Assembly (NCBI RefSeq): GCF_004010195.1
Contig: NC_057711.1
Coordinates: forward strand, 17,080,719-17,144,718
Length of the DNA stretch: 64,000 bases
DNA from: Chiloscyllium plagiosum
Taxonomy: Eukaryota
Direction: 5' to 3'
Made by a program: the position numbers and the translations under genes. Below, piece by piece: positions 27,580 to 41,187 of the stretch (positions within the stretch are counted from its first letter, which is position 1; the number at the start of each line of letters is the position of its first letter). The notes under the pieces are model-generated. The model ran no database searches, was not told the origin of the DNA, and saw only the letters and a list, made by a program, of their open reading frames with translations.

Positions 27580-27965
27580 GATAGCAAGTATGCTTAATCG
27601 ACAAAACACAAAGTAGGAATAGATGGACCATATTCAAGTTGGTAGGCTGTAACTAGGAAGATCCTACAAGGATCAGAGCTTGAGACTCAGCTATTAACAA
27701 TCTGCATTCACAGTTAGGTGAGTGGATTGAGTGCAGCACATCAAGATTTACTGAGGATCCAAGTTGTAGGGTAAAATAAGCTATGGCCAGGACGCTAAGA
27801 GTTTGCAGAAATATGTAGAGGTATTTCATGAAGTATGTGGTAGGTATGTAAAGGGCAAATGTTCTACAATTGTTTGAGAAATAAAAAGAAATAGTATATT
27901 TTTGAATGGTGAGAGGTTGGGAAGTGTCTGCATTCAGATGGATCCAGGGTATCCTTGTTCATATG
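27580..27965 (+). mobile_element. Highly decayed CR1 RT fragment
   Basis: Remnant of the W..VTSG.PQGS.L region (GTAACTAGGAAGATCCTACAAGGATCAGAGCTTG). Confidence 0.6.
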
Positions 27966-28554
27966 CCACAGAAGATGGTAGGTCACCATGCAGAAACAAC
28001 AAACACTCAACAAGGTGTGTCATCTCATGTAAAGCACCCCATGTGCCAGGAATGCAGGTGTCTTTCTTGGTGAGCTCACAATGTGGATTGAGGATTTATT
28101 GTCTATGAAACTTCATTGATGAAGTTTACTCCTAGATGCATTAGTAATGAGTAAATAATTAGCGATCATGCCCAAGTGACCATTTTTCTCTCCATTGGAG
28201 AGACAGTTGATCGTACGTAACTTGAGGGGAATGACTCAGCAAGGGTTGGACAAGGTGAGGAAGCAGGGCTTTCATGAACGCTACATATACATAATTCAAC
28301 CAATAATCTGAGTCTGAGGATCTCTACTGCTTTATTGTGTGTGTGTAGGAGGGATGATCAGATGGAGGAGATGAATTTATTGATTTAATCAAGTGAAAGG
28401 TATACACAATGCAGCAGGTAATAAGATCTGCTTTTGTTCCTAATTCACGGGTGGGAAATAACATTGGCAGGGACTGTGAAAATAAGGGTTTGTACTAATA
28501 TTTTAGATGTTTTCTATACTTGATAATTCAGTGTGAGAAATTAAATCATCCAGG

Positions 28555-28962
28555 AATAAGTGGATAGGTGGAGAGGAAGGAAGATGGACAGGTAGGACTG
28601 GTCAAGGGGGCTGTGCTGGGTTGGAGGCTTGGGACTAGGAAAACATGGGGAGGCGCTTTACCTTCCGCCTCGGGAGCCTGCAACCACATGGGCTCAATGT
28701 GGATTTCACCAGTTTGCTCACTTCCCCTCCCCCAAATTTATCCAGCTCCCAAGCCTCCAACTTGGCACCGCCCCCTTGACCAGTCCTACTTGCCAACCTT
28801 CCTTCCTTCCCACCCATCTGCTCCACCCTCCCCTTTGACCTATCACTTCCACCTGCATCTTCATCCACCCATCACATTCCCAGCTACCTTCCCCCCAGCC
28901 CCACCCTTTCTTGTTTATCTCACAGTGCCCACCGGCCCACAAGCCTCATTCCTGATGAAGAG
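28555..28962. mobile_element. PLE 3' region, partial fold-back
   Basis: 28570-28650 is the reverse complement of 28745-28825. GIY-YIG C-terminal remnant (FRLGSLQPHGLNVDF). Ends at CCTGATGAAGAG. Confidence 0.8.
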
Positions 28963-31258
28963 ACTTAGATGGCATGGTTGCCTGTTGCGGACTAAGGGAG
29001 GACATATGGTGATGCAAGTGATGGATGTTCGACTGTTCAGAAGAAGGGGAAGTAGAATACTGGAGATTAGCTGGAAAGAGGCAATGATGACAAACATATA
29101 CGTATCCAGACTGAGAGGAATTAATGGCTGACATGAAGAGATGGAGGGAGTTGATCAAGCAGCATAGTGGTGACCCTAAAAAAGCTAAGGTAATGAGAAG
29201 AAGAAGAAAAATACAGATACGTAAGGACTAAATCCTTCTGCTATGCTGCATCTGTTTTCTTCCAAAAGCTTTGTTCACATTTTAAAGCATGGGGAGAGAA
29301 CATTTCTTGTCATGTAGCAGAAAATTGAAAAGTCCAGCTTGAGATCTCAATGGGGGTCAGGCACGCCATCCCTATCTTCTGATTAGCTAGTTAGCTTTAA
29401 ATCCTAAGATGATGTAGCTTACACCCATTTCTATCACACAATGAACTAGGTGTTGTTGTTAAGATACGTTCTTCTCCTTGTTAAGACGGACTAACGGTTC
29501 ATCATCTATCACACTACAATAAGCCATCAGGTTGAGTGTAGAAAGAAGGATTGGTGGCTGTACTCTACCTCAACTATTGGATGGTTGATGATGATCCATA
29601 ACACAAAAGGCAAGTCCACCATGACAGGCCTAACTAGCCCCCTCTTTGGATTTTATCATGCCAGTAACCCAGAAATCTCTAAAATGCAGTCCGGAAAAGA
29701 AGTCCATTTTATCTGCTTACTAAAATAGGATAAGGCAAGCAGAGCACAGGCCTGAAGCCCAGTTTCTGCCCAACCTCATTGCAAGTTTCATTGAAACCTG
29801 ACTTGACAAAGTGTGATAGCCTGAGACTACTGATATGCTCAACAAGTTTCAAAGTAACAACTGATTGCAGCATCCCATCCACCCTAGGTTTATGATGGAG
29901 CACAACATTGTTAACATGTTATGGCACCAGAGACGGGAAGGCAATAATGGTTGTTTCCAATTGAGGTGACAAAAAGTAGACATTGGATTTACAAAATGTA
30001 AGTTTTTTAAATCAGAAAATTGCTAATTAATTATTCTTGCGCCAGGAACAGTCTGGAATGAGCTCTGGAGGACTTCCTCTATCGATTATTACATGGCCGC
30101 AACTTGGGAGATGACATATTTTAATGTGCTTATAAATATTTTATAACCATCTCCTGTAAGCAGCAAGCAGACGGGATTCTTTTTGCAGTATAATCCACTT
30201 TGTGTTCTGCCATTCTTTATACTGTTTCCGTTCACCTCTTTCCAAAAAAAAAACTGCATCACTAAAATATACTTTGTCACTGAAACCATCCCAACTTGGG
30301 CTGCACTGACTGGTGTTTCCAAAGCTTTGAGAAAGCTCCAATTTTAAAAATGAAGACCACTTAAATACATGTGATGGCAAGACTGAATATTAACTTCTTG
30401 GGCGATGAGAAGCAACTCTCACTCTATTTCTGTGCGACAATGGTTTCTGATTAGTGTGGTGAATCTTCAAACAGCTGAGCACAGGGAACATTATTGAAAA
30501 TTGCATTTCTTTAGGTTTTCATTGTTGAGGAGATCTAAAAACTGTCAAATTTAAAGTTAAAATATTTCTTTAAAATCACTGACTTCGCTTTCTCGCAATC
30601 CATTTTGTCTCTCATTTTTCTTCGAATAGCTGATCCAACACTATGATGTACATTTGCATCTCAATCACTGCGCTGTTAAGATCTACAGTCCTTCCCACCT
30701 GGTTAAAGAGGCATAAGGTTGTTTGCCATGTTCATTCAGACGTCAGTTGCTGTATAGAGTGCACTGCAACATTATCAGCTTTAATGTCCAGCAATTTGGC
30801 ACATAAATATCATGGAGATCAAACAGGATAAATCAAAGTCTAAGTAATGGCAAATGCAATTTGTTGACCAGTTGCAGCAAATATTAAACATTTATCTACA
30901 GATTGAATTGAATTTGACGGATTGTCCTGGATATCACATCAGTGCAAATATTGATATTCAGTGGCAGAGTCTCATATTGTAGGTGCATTAGGAGGGAAGG
31001 GAATAATTTGTCAAACGATTTCTTGGATGAATTGCAATGTGGGGCAATGGCTGTTTCTGGTTTTCTTTCTCTTTCTTTTCCTCACGAATTTCTTGCTGTC
31101 TTAGTGATGCCAAAGATCAGTCTCCCACCATTGCAATGGAGTGCAGTACACAGCAAAAGACAGCGAATCTAACATGGACATATATTGCAAAACTGAACCT
31201 GGAAACTGCAGAAAGGAAGTATCAGTGTGTTAATGGTTGATGATGCTTCTGAAGCCAT

Positions 31259-32618
31259 GATAGAACATATAATAGTACAGCACAGTACAGGCCTTTTGAC
31301 CCTCGATGTTGTGCCGGCCTTTTATCCTACTCTATGTTCATACTAACCTATATACCATTCATTGTATCAACTTCCATGTGCCGATCCAAGAGTTGCTTAA
31401 ATGTCCCTAATGTACCTGACTCTACTACCACAGCTGGCAGTGCATTCCATGCACCTACCATTCACTAAGTAAAGAACCTACCTCTGATACCTCCCTTAAA
31501 CTTTCCTCTAATTACCATAAAATTATGCTTCCTCATGATAGGCATTTCCACCATGGGAAAAAGTCTTTGGCTATCCATTCTATCTATGCCTCTCATCATC
31601 TTGTACCCCTCTACCAAGTTGCCTCTCGTTCTTCTTCATTCCAATGAGAAAAGCTCTAGCTCCCTAAACTTTTCTTCATATGACATGCTCTCTAGTCCAG
31701 GCAGCATCCTGGTAAATCTCCTCTGCACACTCTCTGAAGCTTTCCTATAATGAGGCAATCAGAACTGAACACAATATTCCAGGTATGGTCTAACCATGAT
31801 TCTATAGACGTGCAGCATAACCTCACGGCTCTCAAATTCAATCCCCCTGCTAATGAAAGCCAACACACTAAGCCTTCTGAACAATCCTATCAACCTGGGT
31901 GGCAAATTTGAAGGATCTATGGACATGTATCCCAAGGTGCCTCTGTTCCTCTACACTGCTAAGAACCCTACCTCTAACCCTGTATCCTGCATTCAAATTC
32001 GACTTTCCAAAGTGAATGACTTCACACTTTTCCAGGTTGAACTCCATCTACTACTTATCAGCCCAGTTCTGCAACCTATCAATGTCTCGTTGCAACCTAC
32101 AACAGCCCTCCACACTATCCACAACTCCACCAATCTTCAGGTCATCAGCAAACTTGCTCACCCACCCATCCACTTCCTCATCCAAGTCATTTATAAAAAT
32201 CACAAAGCGCAGAGGTCCCAGAACCAATCCCTGCGGAACACCACAGGTCACCAATCTCCAGGCTGAATATTTTCCATCTATCACCATCCTCTGTGTTCTA
32301 TGGCCCAGCCAATTCTGTATCCAAACAGGTTTCTCTGTATCCCATGCCTCCTTACTTTCTGAAAGAGCCTACCATGGGGAACCTTATCAAAGGCCTTGCT
32401 AAAATGCATGTCCACCGCATCCACTGCTCATGTTTTACCACATCCTCAAAGAATTCAATAAGGCTTGTGAGGCATGACCTGCCCCCTCACAAAGCTGTGC
32501 TGACTATCTCTAATCAAAATATGGTTTTCCAAGTAATCATAAATCCTGTCTTTCAGAATCCTCTCCAATACTTTGCCCACCACAGTCATAAGACTGACTA
32601 GTTTGTAATTCCCAGGAT
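31259..32618 (-). mobile_element. CR1/HER1 LINE, ~1.35 kb 5'-truncated
   Basis: PGNYKLVSLMTVVGKVLE and GVPQGLVLGPLRFVIFINDLD...KFADD, plus the 3' tail. Confidence 0.95.
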
Positions 32619-33006
32619 CTGCATCTGTGTCTGTGATGGAAGCAATGCACCTTTTCACTCTTTTCCTTGTGACCTGATTTTGAAGAATCCCTGTTCCCAC
32701 ACTCCCCAGCCACACCCACAACCTTCTTTATTGTTCGTTGGATTTTCTGAATTAATTGGAGGCATTTAAGTCCTCACACAGTATGGTATGAAATGCCAAC
32801 TTTACACTCGTAGCCTGTGTTGAGCATGTTAAAAGTGTTAAAAGTCAATGTTGAGCAACTAAATGCTGTATGAGAAACAGATAACTGTTTTCTCCCCTCA
32901 ATAGACAGTTCCCTAATGGATATATTCAAGCACCCTGACTCCTAATGTTTCCCACTTTGCCTTAAACCTTTCCCCAAGAAAATTGGAAATGGCCAATATT
33001 ATCCAG

Positions 33007-33326
33007 TTTAGATTACGTTACTTACAGTGTGGAAACAGGCCCTTCGGCCCAACAAGTCCACACCGACCCGCTGAAGAGCAACCCACCCAGACCCATTCCC
33101 CTACATTTACCCCTGCCCCTAACACTACAGGCAATTTAGCATGGCCAATTTACCTAACCTGCACATTTTTTGGTCTGTGGGAGGAAACTGGAGCACCCAG
33201 AGGAAACCCACGCAGACACAGGGAGAATGTGCAAACTCCACACTGTCAGTCGCCTGAGCTGGGAATTGAACCTGGGTCTCTGGCGCTGTGAGGCAGCAGT
33301 GCTAACCACTGTGCCACCGTGCCACC
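33007..33326 (-). mobile_element. HE1 SINE, young
   Basis: GGCACGGTGGCACAGTGGTTAGCACTGCTGCCTCACAGCGCCAGAGACCCAGGTTCAATTCC on the minus strand. Confidence 0.95.
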
Positions 33327-33629
33327 TTCAGGTTGTTCCTCAAAGTCTACACACAAGGTCCTGGTGCAGAAGAGATCAAAGTAATATCAAGTACTGAACA
33401 CATCTTAGGCTTCAGGACATTTAAGTGGGAATCTTGCTACTACCTGTTTGGCTCGGAGTACTCTTTCAGCCATTAATGTAGAATGCGTCACCCTGAAGTA
33501 ATTGATACTTTGATGAAAATCTGGCCACATATTTGCCTGAACTTCCATTTGTCCTTTATATGGTTCAATATGACATTCCCTTGGAATCTGGATCTCTGTT
33601 AAATGTCAATTTAGAGAGCACTGGAAGAA

Positions 33630-35410
33630 GAATATAGAACATAGAACAATACAGTGCAGAACAGGCCCTTCAGCCCTCGATGTTGTATCAACCTGTGAAC
33701 TAATCTAAGCCCATCTCCCTACACTATCCCATCATCATCTATGTGCTTATCTAAGGATTGTTTAAATCTCCCTAATGTGGCTGAGTTAACCACATTGCCA
33801 GGCAGGGCATTCCAAACCTTTACCACTCTCTGAGTAAAAACACTGCCTCTGATATCTGTCTTAAATCTGTCACCCCTCAATTTATAGCTATACCCTCTTG
33901 TACAAGTTGACATTATCATCCTAGGAAAACGACTTTCACTGTCTACCCGATCTAATCTTCTGCTTATCTTGTATGTCTCTATTAAATCCCCTCTTAGTCT
34001 TGTTCTCTCCAATGAGAACAGACCCAAGTCTCTCAGCCTTTCCATATAAGACCTTGTCTCCAGACAAGGCAACATCCTGGTAAATCTCCTCTGCACCTTT
34101 TCCAATGCTTCCACATCCTTCCTGTAATGGGGCGACCAGGACTGTACACAATATTTCAAGTACGGCCATACTAGCATTTTGTACAGTTGCAGCATGTCAG
34201 TATGGCACCGAAACTCAATCCCTCTAGCAATAAAACCTAACATAGAACATAGAACATAGAACAATACAGCACAGAACAGGCCCTTCAGCCCATGATGTTG
34301 TGCCGAACATTTGTCCTTGCTTTAGCACCTATCCATGTACCTATCCAATTGCCACTTAAAGTTCGCCAATGATTCTGACTCTGCCACTCCCACAGGCAAC
34401 GCATTCCATGCCCCCACCACTCTCTGGGTAAAGAACCTACCCCTGACATCTCCCTTATACCTTCCATCCTTCACCTAAATTTATGTCCCCTTGTAACACT
34501 CTGTTGTACCCGGGGAAAAAGTTTCTGATTGTCTACTCTATCTATTCAACATCACTTCACGCCTCTTGAATTCAATCCCTCTGCTAATGAACGCTGATAC
34601 ACCATAGGCCTTCTTACAAGCTCTATCCACCTGAGTGGCAACTTTCAAAGATCTATGAACATAGACCCCAAGATCCCTCTGCTCCTCCATCTTACTAAGA
34701 ACCCTAAACCCTAACATACCGCATGCCTTCTTAACAGCACTATCCACCTGGGTGGCAACTTTCAGGGATCAATGTACATGGACTCCAAGATCCCTCTGCA
34801 CATCCCCATTACCAAGAATCTTTCCATTGATCCAGAATTCTGCCTTTCTGTTATTCTTCCCAAAGTGAATCACTTCACATTTATCTGCATTGAACTCCAT
34901 TTGCCACCTCTCAGCCCAATTCTGCAGTTTATCCAAGTCCCCCTGCAACCTGTAACATTGTTCTACACTGTCCATTACTCATCTGCAAACTTACTAACCC
35001 GTCCACCTATACCTGCATCCAAGTCATTTATAAAAATGACAAACAGCAGTGGTCCCAAAACAGATGCTTGTGGCACACCACTAGTAAGTGAACTCCAGGC
35101 TGAATATTTTCCATCGAACACCATGCGCTGCCTTCTTAACAAAAACCAGTTTCTAATCCAAACTGCTCAATTACTCTCAATCCTATGCCTCTGCATTTTC
35201 TCCACCAGCCTACCATGTGGAACCTTATCAAAGGCTTTACTGAAGGTCATGTACACCATGTCAACTGCTCTACCCTCATCCACATACTTGGTCACCTTCT
35301 CAAAAACTCAATGAGGTTTGTGAGACATGACCTGCACTTGACGAAACCATGTTGACTATCTGCAATCAAAATGTTGCTTGCTAGATGATTATAAATCCTA
35401 TCACTTATAA
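33630..35410 (-). mobile_element. CR1/HER1 LINE with a nested younger CR1
   Basis: ORFs 33719-34264 and 34769-34975 are CR1 ORF2. (TAGAACA)n tail at the left end. Confidence 0.95.
34241..34705 (-). mobile_element. Nested young CR1 3' fragment with internal deletion
   Basis: Has its own (TAGAACA)3 tail. Host sequence AAACCTAACATA / AACCCTAACATA lies on both sides. Closely matches 38776-39470 but lacks about 235 bp. Confidence 0.9.
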
Positions 35411-35584
35411 GATTTAAGAGATTAAATTGTCAAATAAGATTTGAACCAGACATCTTCAGGCAGCTAAGATTGTAACACATATGTAGCATTTCTCAAAGTT
35501 TTCGAGGGATTGAGAAATTGATTAAAAGTTAGAAAGTAGGAACATTGAATTGTGAAATAGTCAGAACTTCCCAGAAGCTGAACA

Positions 35585-36347
35585 AAGACGAAAGAACAGT
35601 ACAGCACAGGAACAGGCCCTTCAGTCCTGCAAGTCTGTGCTGACACATTTTGCCTTCCGTACTAAAACTGTCTTCTTATTCATGTATTCATCCACGTGTT
35701 TCTGGAATGATGCTATTGTGTCTGCTTCCACCACCTTCTCTGGCAGTGCATTCCAGGCACTCACCACCCTTAGTGAAAAACTTGCCCCAAACATCTCTTT
35801 TAAACTTCCCCCCCTTGCACCTTGAATTTGTGGCCCCTAGTAATTGACCCTTCCACCCTGGAAAAGTTCTCATGGTTTCCACTCTATCCATGCTATTAAC
35901 AATCTTATAAACTTCTACTGGGTCACCTCCCAACCTCCTGCATTCCAGTGCAATCAAATCTACTCCATCAAACCATTTTTGTAGCGAAAATCTCATATAC
36001 CAGGCAACATCCTGTTAAATCTTTTCTGTACCCTCTCCAAAGCATTCACATTCTTCTGGTAGTGTGGTTACCAGAACTGTATGCAATATTCTGGTAGTGT
36101 GGTTACCAGAACTGTATGCAATATTCCAAGTCTGGCCTAACTCAAGTTCTATAAAGTTGCAGCATAACTTGTCTATTCTTATACTCAATGCCCCTTCCAA
36201 TGAAGTCAAGCATGATTGACTACCTTATCGACCTGCACTACCACCTTCAGTGATCTGTGGACCTGCAGACCCAGATCCCTCTGTAGATCAATACTCCAAA
36301 GGGTTCCACCATTTACTGTATAATTTCTACCTGTATTTGACCTTCCA
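35585..36347 (-). mobile_element. CR1 LINE 3' fragment
   Basis: LECRRLGGD...FKRDVWGKFFT. Contains a 35-bp tandem duplication. Confidence 0.9.
36054..36126 (+). repeat. Perfect 35-bp tandem duplication inside CR1
   Basis: TTCTGGTAGTGTGGTTACCAGAACTGTATGCAATA occurs twice. Confidence 0.95.
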
Positions 36348-38459
36348 GTATAACAACAGGAACATATGTATGATCATTAAAATTTCTCCAGTATTGAAAT
36401 TGTAAAATGTATATTTTGTTTTATTTTTATATCTATGCATCAAAATCTAAGCAGCATTTGGTTAGTTATCTGATGATGTGTCTGTCATGAACTATTATCC
36501 ATCTTCAACACTTTTACTTGATTCGTTGCAGAGGATACAAAAGAGATTTATTAGGATAGTACAAGGGTTGTGCAATTTCACTTATGTTGAGACACTAGAG
36601 AAACTGTTGTTTCTTAAAGCACAGATATTTTAAGGAGCCTTTAATAGGTATCATTTAAATCATAAGCCATTCTGATAAACTAGACAGGATTGCTTCAATT
36701 GGATGAAGGGTTAGGTACCAATGGAACACAGCATCTGATGGTGAGAGCAATTTTAACAATAATTCTGAACAGAGGATTAGTTGCAGTTTCACGAAGAAAA
36801 AAAACGTCAGCTGATGAGAAAGGAACAGAGGAGTGAGACTAAGCAGCAATTCTTTCAGAGAGCTAACACTAATGTGCAAGCTAACGTGTATTTATTGAAT
36901 CAGTCTCCATCCTCTAATTTCTTATGTTCATTTGCTTGTACTCCTGATTATGCAAACTTTTGATTACCAGAAATCAGCTTGCATGGACAAAAATACAAAA
37001 ATCATTTGTAATGTGTCAAAATGAATATTATTTTGCTGCTGAGACTGTCCTTTGTGTCAGGTAGTGATTATAAGGGGTTATAAAGGTATTTAATGGTTGC
37101 ACTTAGGAAAGGCCACAGTCATTTATTAGGAATACAGCTACATTATGCTTGGTCATTCTGGACAGCCGCTTAATAGAGACAGAGGGTAATTGAAACTGAC
37201 AGTTAATCATAAACAATAATTCACAACTAATTTCTCCAATGGTACCACACAATGCGAGAGCATGCCTCACATGGTTCGAGATCTGCAGTACCGGAGACTG
37301 AATTCCCTCAGGGAGTAATGGGATTTAAATGTAATCTTTCTTCATAGTCGACGTGGAGGCTCCTTTTAAAAGGCTTCCAGATGTAATATGTGGGTTCTAA
37401 TGCTTTTGCGTGTGCAGGATGAATTTAAATTACACAGGATGCAGTTCCGCACTTGAAGGAATTATTTAATCCACCTTGACAGACAAGGAGCATTAGAATA
37501 GATAAACTGTTGGTGGAATTTCAGCTTCAAGGAACAAAGTGGAAAAAATAATGGACAATCATTTTATCCATCAAATCGCACGTGCATTGTCATCAACAGC
37601 CATGGACTTGATAATATGATTCTTCACACTCCCCAGGCATTTATCACACTAAAGTGTTTCCACTTTAAAAATAAGCGAAAAAAGCAAACCAAATTCCACA
37701 AAATTACAAAAGTAAGCATTGATTAACTTAATGTGTAATGCATGGGGATGAATTCTGACAGAGCAGCAGAGGCCAGAAGCCCAGACTATACTTCTGGAAA
37801 CAGGAGACAATCCTCCCTTGGCTGTTTTGGGAATCTCCAGCCATATTTTAGACCCATGGTAAAACTAATGAGCTGCTGTCAGGACTCCAGTCATATTAAG
37901 GCGTGTCAACCTACCTCTGGCTCTTCTGTGCCAATGGCGCCACAAGGAGAAGTGGCCACTGTTGGGACTGCAGCTGCTGACGAATATTGATACTATTGGG
38001 AACACTGTGCGGCCACCAAGTGCTCACTTAGAGACAATCCACCTCCTCAAGTATGCGGGAATGTGTCAGGATTCACTGGTTGCACTCATCAAGCTGTGGA
38101 GTAGTCATGTTTCACTGGAAAAATGCCAGCAGAGAAACTATGCTGCAACTTTTATAGTGTCATACAGCATGAAAATAGACCCTCAGTCCAACACGTCCGC
38201 AGCAACCAGACATCCCAATCTGACCTAGTCCCATTTTCCAGTATTTGGCCTATATGACTCTAAACCCTTCCTATTCATATACCCATCCAGATACCTATTA
38301 AATGTTGTGATTGTACTAACCTCCACCACTTCCTCTGCCAGCTCATTCTATACACGCACCACCCTCTGCATAAAAAGGTTACCCCTCTGGTCCCTTTTAA
38401 CTCTTTTCTCTCTCACCTTAAACCTCTAGTTCTGGACTCCCCCACCCTGGGGTAGAGAC

Positions 38460-38612
38460 TTAGATTAGATTAGATTACTTACAGTGTGGAAACAGGCCCT
38501 TCGGCCCGACAAGTCCACACTGACTCACCAAAGCGCTACCCACCCAGGCCCATTCCCCTACATTTACCCGTTCACATAACACTACGGGCAATTTAGCATG
38601 GCTAATTCATCT
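38460..38612 (-). mobile_element. HE1 SINE 3' fragment
   Basis: (TTAGA)3 tail. Matches 33007-33160. Confidence 0.9.
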
Positions 38613-38775
38613 AAATAGACCTTATCTATTTATCCTATTCATGTCTCTCATGATTTTATAAACCTCTATAAGGTGAGCCCTCAGCCTCTGACGCTCCAGG
38701 GAAAACAGCTCTAGCCAATTCAACCTCTCTCCATAACTCAAATCTTCCAGTCCGTGCAACACCCTTGTAAATCTT

Positions 38776-40180
38776 TAGAACATAGAACATAGAACAATAC
38801 AGCACAGAACAGGCCCTTCGGCCCACGATATTGTGCCGAACATTTGTCCTAGCTTAAGCACCCATCCATGTACCTATCCAATTGCCGCTTAAAGGTCACC
38901 AAAGATTCTGACTCTACCACTACCACAGGCAGCGCATTCCATGCCCCCAACCACTCTCTGGGTAAAGAACCCACCCCTAACATCTCCCCGATACCTTCCA
39001 CCCTTCACGTTAAATTTATGTCCCCTTGTAACACTCTGTTGTACCAGGGGAAAAAGTCTCTGACTGTCTACTCTATCTATTCCTCTGATCATCTTACAAA
39101 CCTCTATCAAGTCACCCCTCATCCTTCGCCGTCCCAATGAGAAAAGGCCTAGCACTCTCAACCTATCCCCGTACGACCAATTCTCCATTCCAGGCAACAT
39201 CCTGGTAAATCTTCTCTGCACCCTCTCCAAAGCTTCCACATCTTTCCTAAAGTGAGGCGACCAGAACTGCACACAGTATTCCAACTGTGGCCTAACCAAA
39301 GTCCTGTACAGCTGCAACATCACTTCACGACTCTTGAATTCAATCCCTCTGCTAATGAACGATAATACTCCATAGGCCTTCTTACAAACTCTATCCACCT
39401 GAGTGGCAACCTTCAAAGATCTATGTACATAGACCCCAAGATCCCTCTGTTCCTCCACCTGACTAAGAACCCTACCATTAACCCTGTATTCCGCATTCTT
39501 ATTTGTTCTTCCAAAATGGACAACCTCACACTTGGCAGGGTTGAACTCCATCTGCCACTCCTCAGCCCAGCTCTGCATCATATCTAAGTCCCTCTGCAGC
39601 CGATAACAGCCCTCCTCACTGTCCACAACTCCACCTATCTTTGTATCATCTGCAAATTTACTGACCCACCCTTCGACTCCCTCATCTAAGTCATTAATAA
39701 AAATTTTTTAAAAAAACATTTTTTAAAAATTACAAACAGCAGAGGACCCAGAACTGATCCCTGCGGAAGTCCACTTGTAACTGGGCTCCAGGCTGAATAT
39801 TTACCATCTACCACCACTCTCTGACTTTGACCGGTTAGCCAGTTTTCTATCCAATTGGCCATATTTCCCTCTATCCCATGCCTCCTGACTTTCTGCATAA
39901 GCCTACCATGGGGAACCTTTTCAAATGCCTTACTAAAATCCATGTATACTACATCCACTGCTCTACCCTCATCCACATGCTTGGTCACCTCCTCAAAGAA
40001 TTCAATAAGACTTATAAGGCAAGACCTACCCTTCACAAATCCGTGCTGGCTGTCCCTAATCAAGCAGTGCCTTTCCAGATACTCATAAATCCTATCCCTC
40101 AGTACCCTTTCCATTACTTTACCTACCACTGAAGCAAGACTAACTGGCCTGTAATTCCCAGGGTTATCCCTATCCCTATC
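38776..40180 (-). mobile_element. Young CR1/HER1 LINE, ~1.4 kb RT region
   Basis: ORFs 39686-40129 (QHGFVKGRSC, YMDFSKAF, GLPQGSVLGP) and 38889-39626 (245 aa), with KFADDTK between them. (TAGAACA)n tail. Confidence 0.97.
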
Positions 40181-41187
40181 CCTATTTCTTGCAGCCTCTC
40201 AAGTTTGACAATATCCTTCCTATAGAAGGGCAAACAGAATTGTAGATATATTCTAAAATGACCTTTTCATTGATGTAGTTGGTCCACTACATAACTACTC
40301 TGATGAATTCAGTTCAAACATTTCAAAACCAGCAATATCCAAAATGTCGAGGAGAATAGCTCTGAACCATTTTGCCCAACACAAAGCTTTGTTGATGCAG
40401 TGAATGACCCGATGAAAGAGACATTCATGAGCAACTTTTGCTCAAGCTGATTGACCACTAAAGTGGTACAGTTGATCTTTTGGATTGGACAGTCAACCTC
40501 CACCTTCCCTAGCACAGGCAGGTTGCCAATGGTGGGCAAGTGAAGATGAAGAGCTCTCTTCGCCCCATGTCTTCCCTTGCCAATTTAGCACCTCCCAGCC
40601 AAACCCCATTGTCTTTTACTCCATCCCTGGGGGACTGAGAAAATCCAGCATTGAGTGAGCTTAAGTTAAAAGGCAATGGTCTAATAAACAGTGCAAAGAT
40701 GGTTCCAACCACGATAAAAGGTCTGACTGCAGCTCAAATTGTGTAAAATCCTTCAGACAGCCTTTTTATTTCCCCTGCTGTTAACAAGGAAGAGCTTGCC
40801 AAAATCTGAAATTAATAGCCCACCAGCTCTAGCAGTATAACACAGGAACATATTTAAGGATGTAACACCTCCACAGTCTCTGGTCACATTGCTATTCCCC
40901 CGTGCATTACATTTATCATTTTCACCATTTTCTAAACTCCTCAATAGATCCACCTATTGTAAAACAGTGATATCCATGTCAGTATCCGCAAATTTGATTC
41001 TATTGGTCAAGTTTATTTGCAGGAGGCATTTTAACTGTCTGATGTAACATGACATGCACAGCTTAATGATATGAAGGAACAATACAGGAGGGAAAATCTC
41101 CAAATTCACCATACATGTAGTAATATTGTCAATGGATTCTACAGACAGGCACTCACAATTCAGGTATAAAAGGAAATCACTACCATA

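Larger units (their letters stand above)
38158..40265 (-). mobile_element. CR1 3' fragment hosting an HE1 piece and a young CR1
   Basis: Same 3' UTR family as 14793 and 42800. Interrupted at 38460-38612 and 38776-40180, and resumes at about 40185. Confidence 0.85.

Noticed and set aside
33240-33326. tRNA genes suggested by A and B boxes
   Set aside because: These are SINE heads followed by SINE bodies and LINE-like tails.
38889-39626. 245-aa ORF as a host gene
   Set aside because: CR1 ORF2 C-terminal fragment, 5'-truncated and frameshifted.
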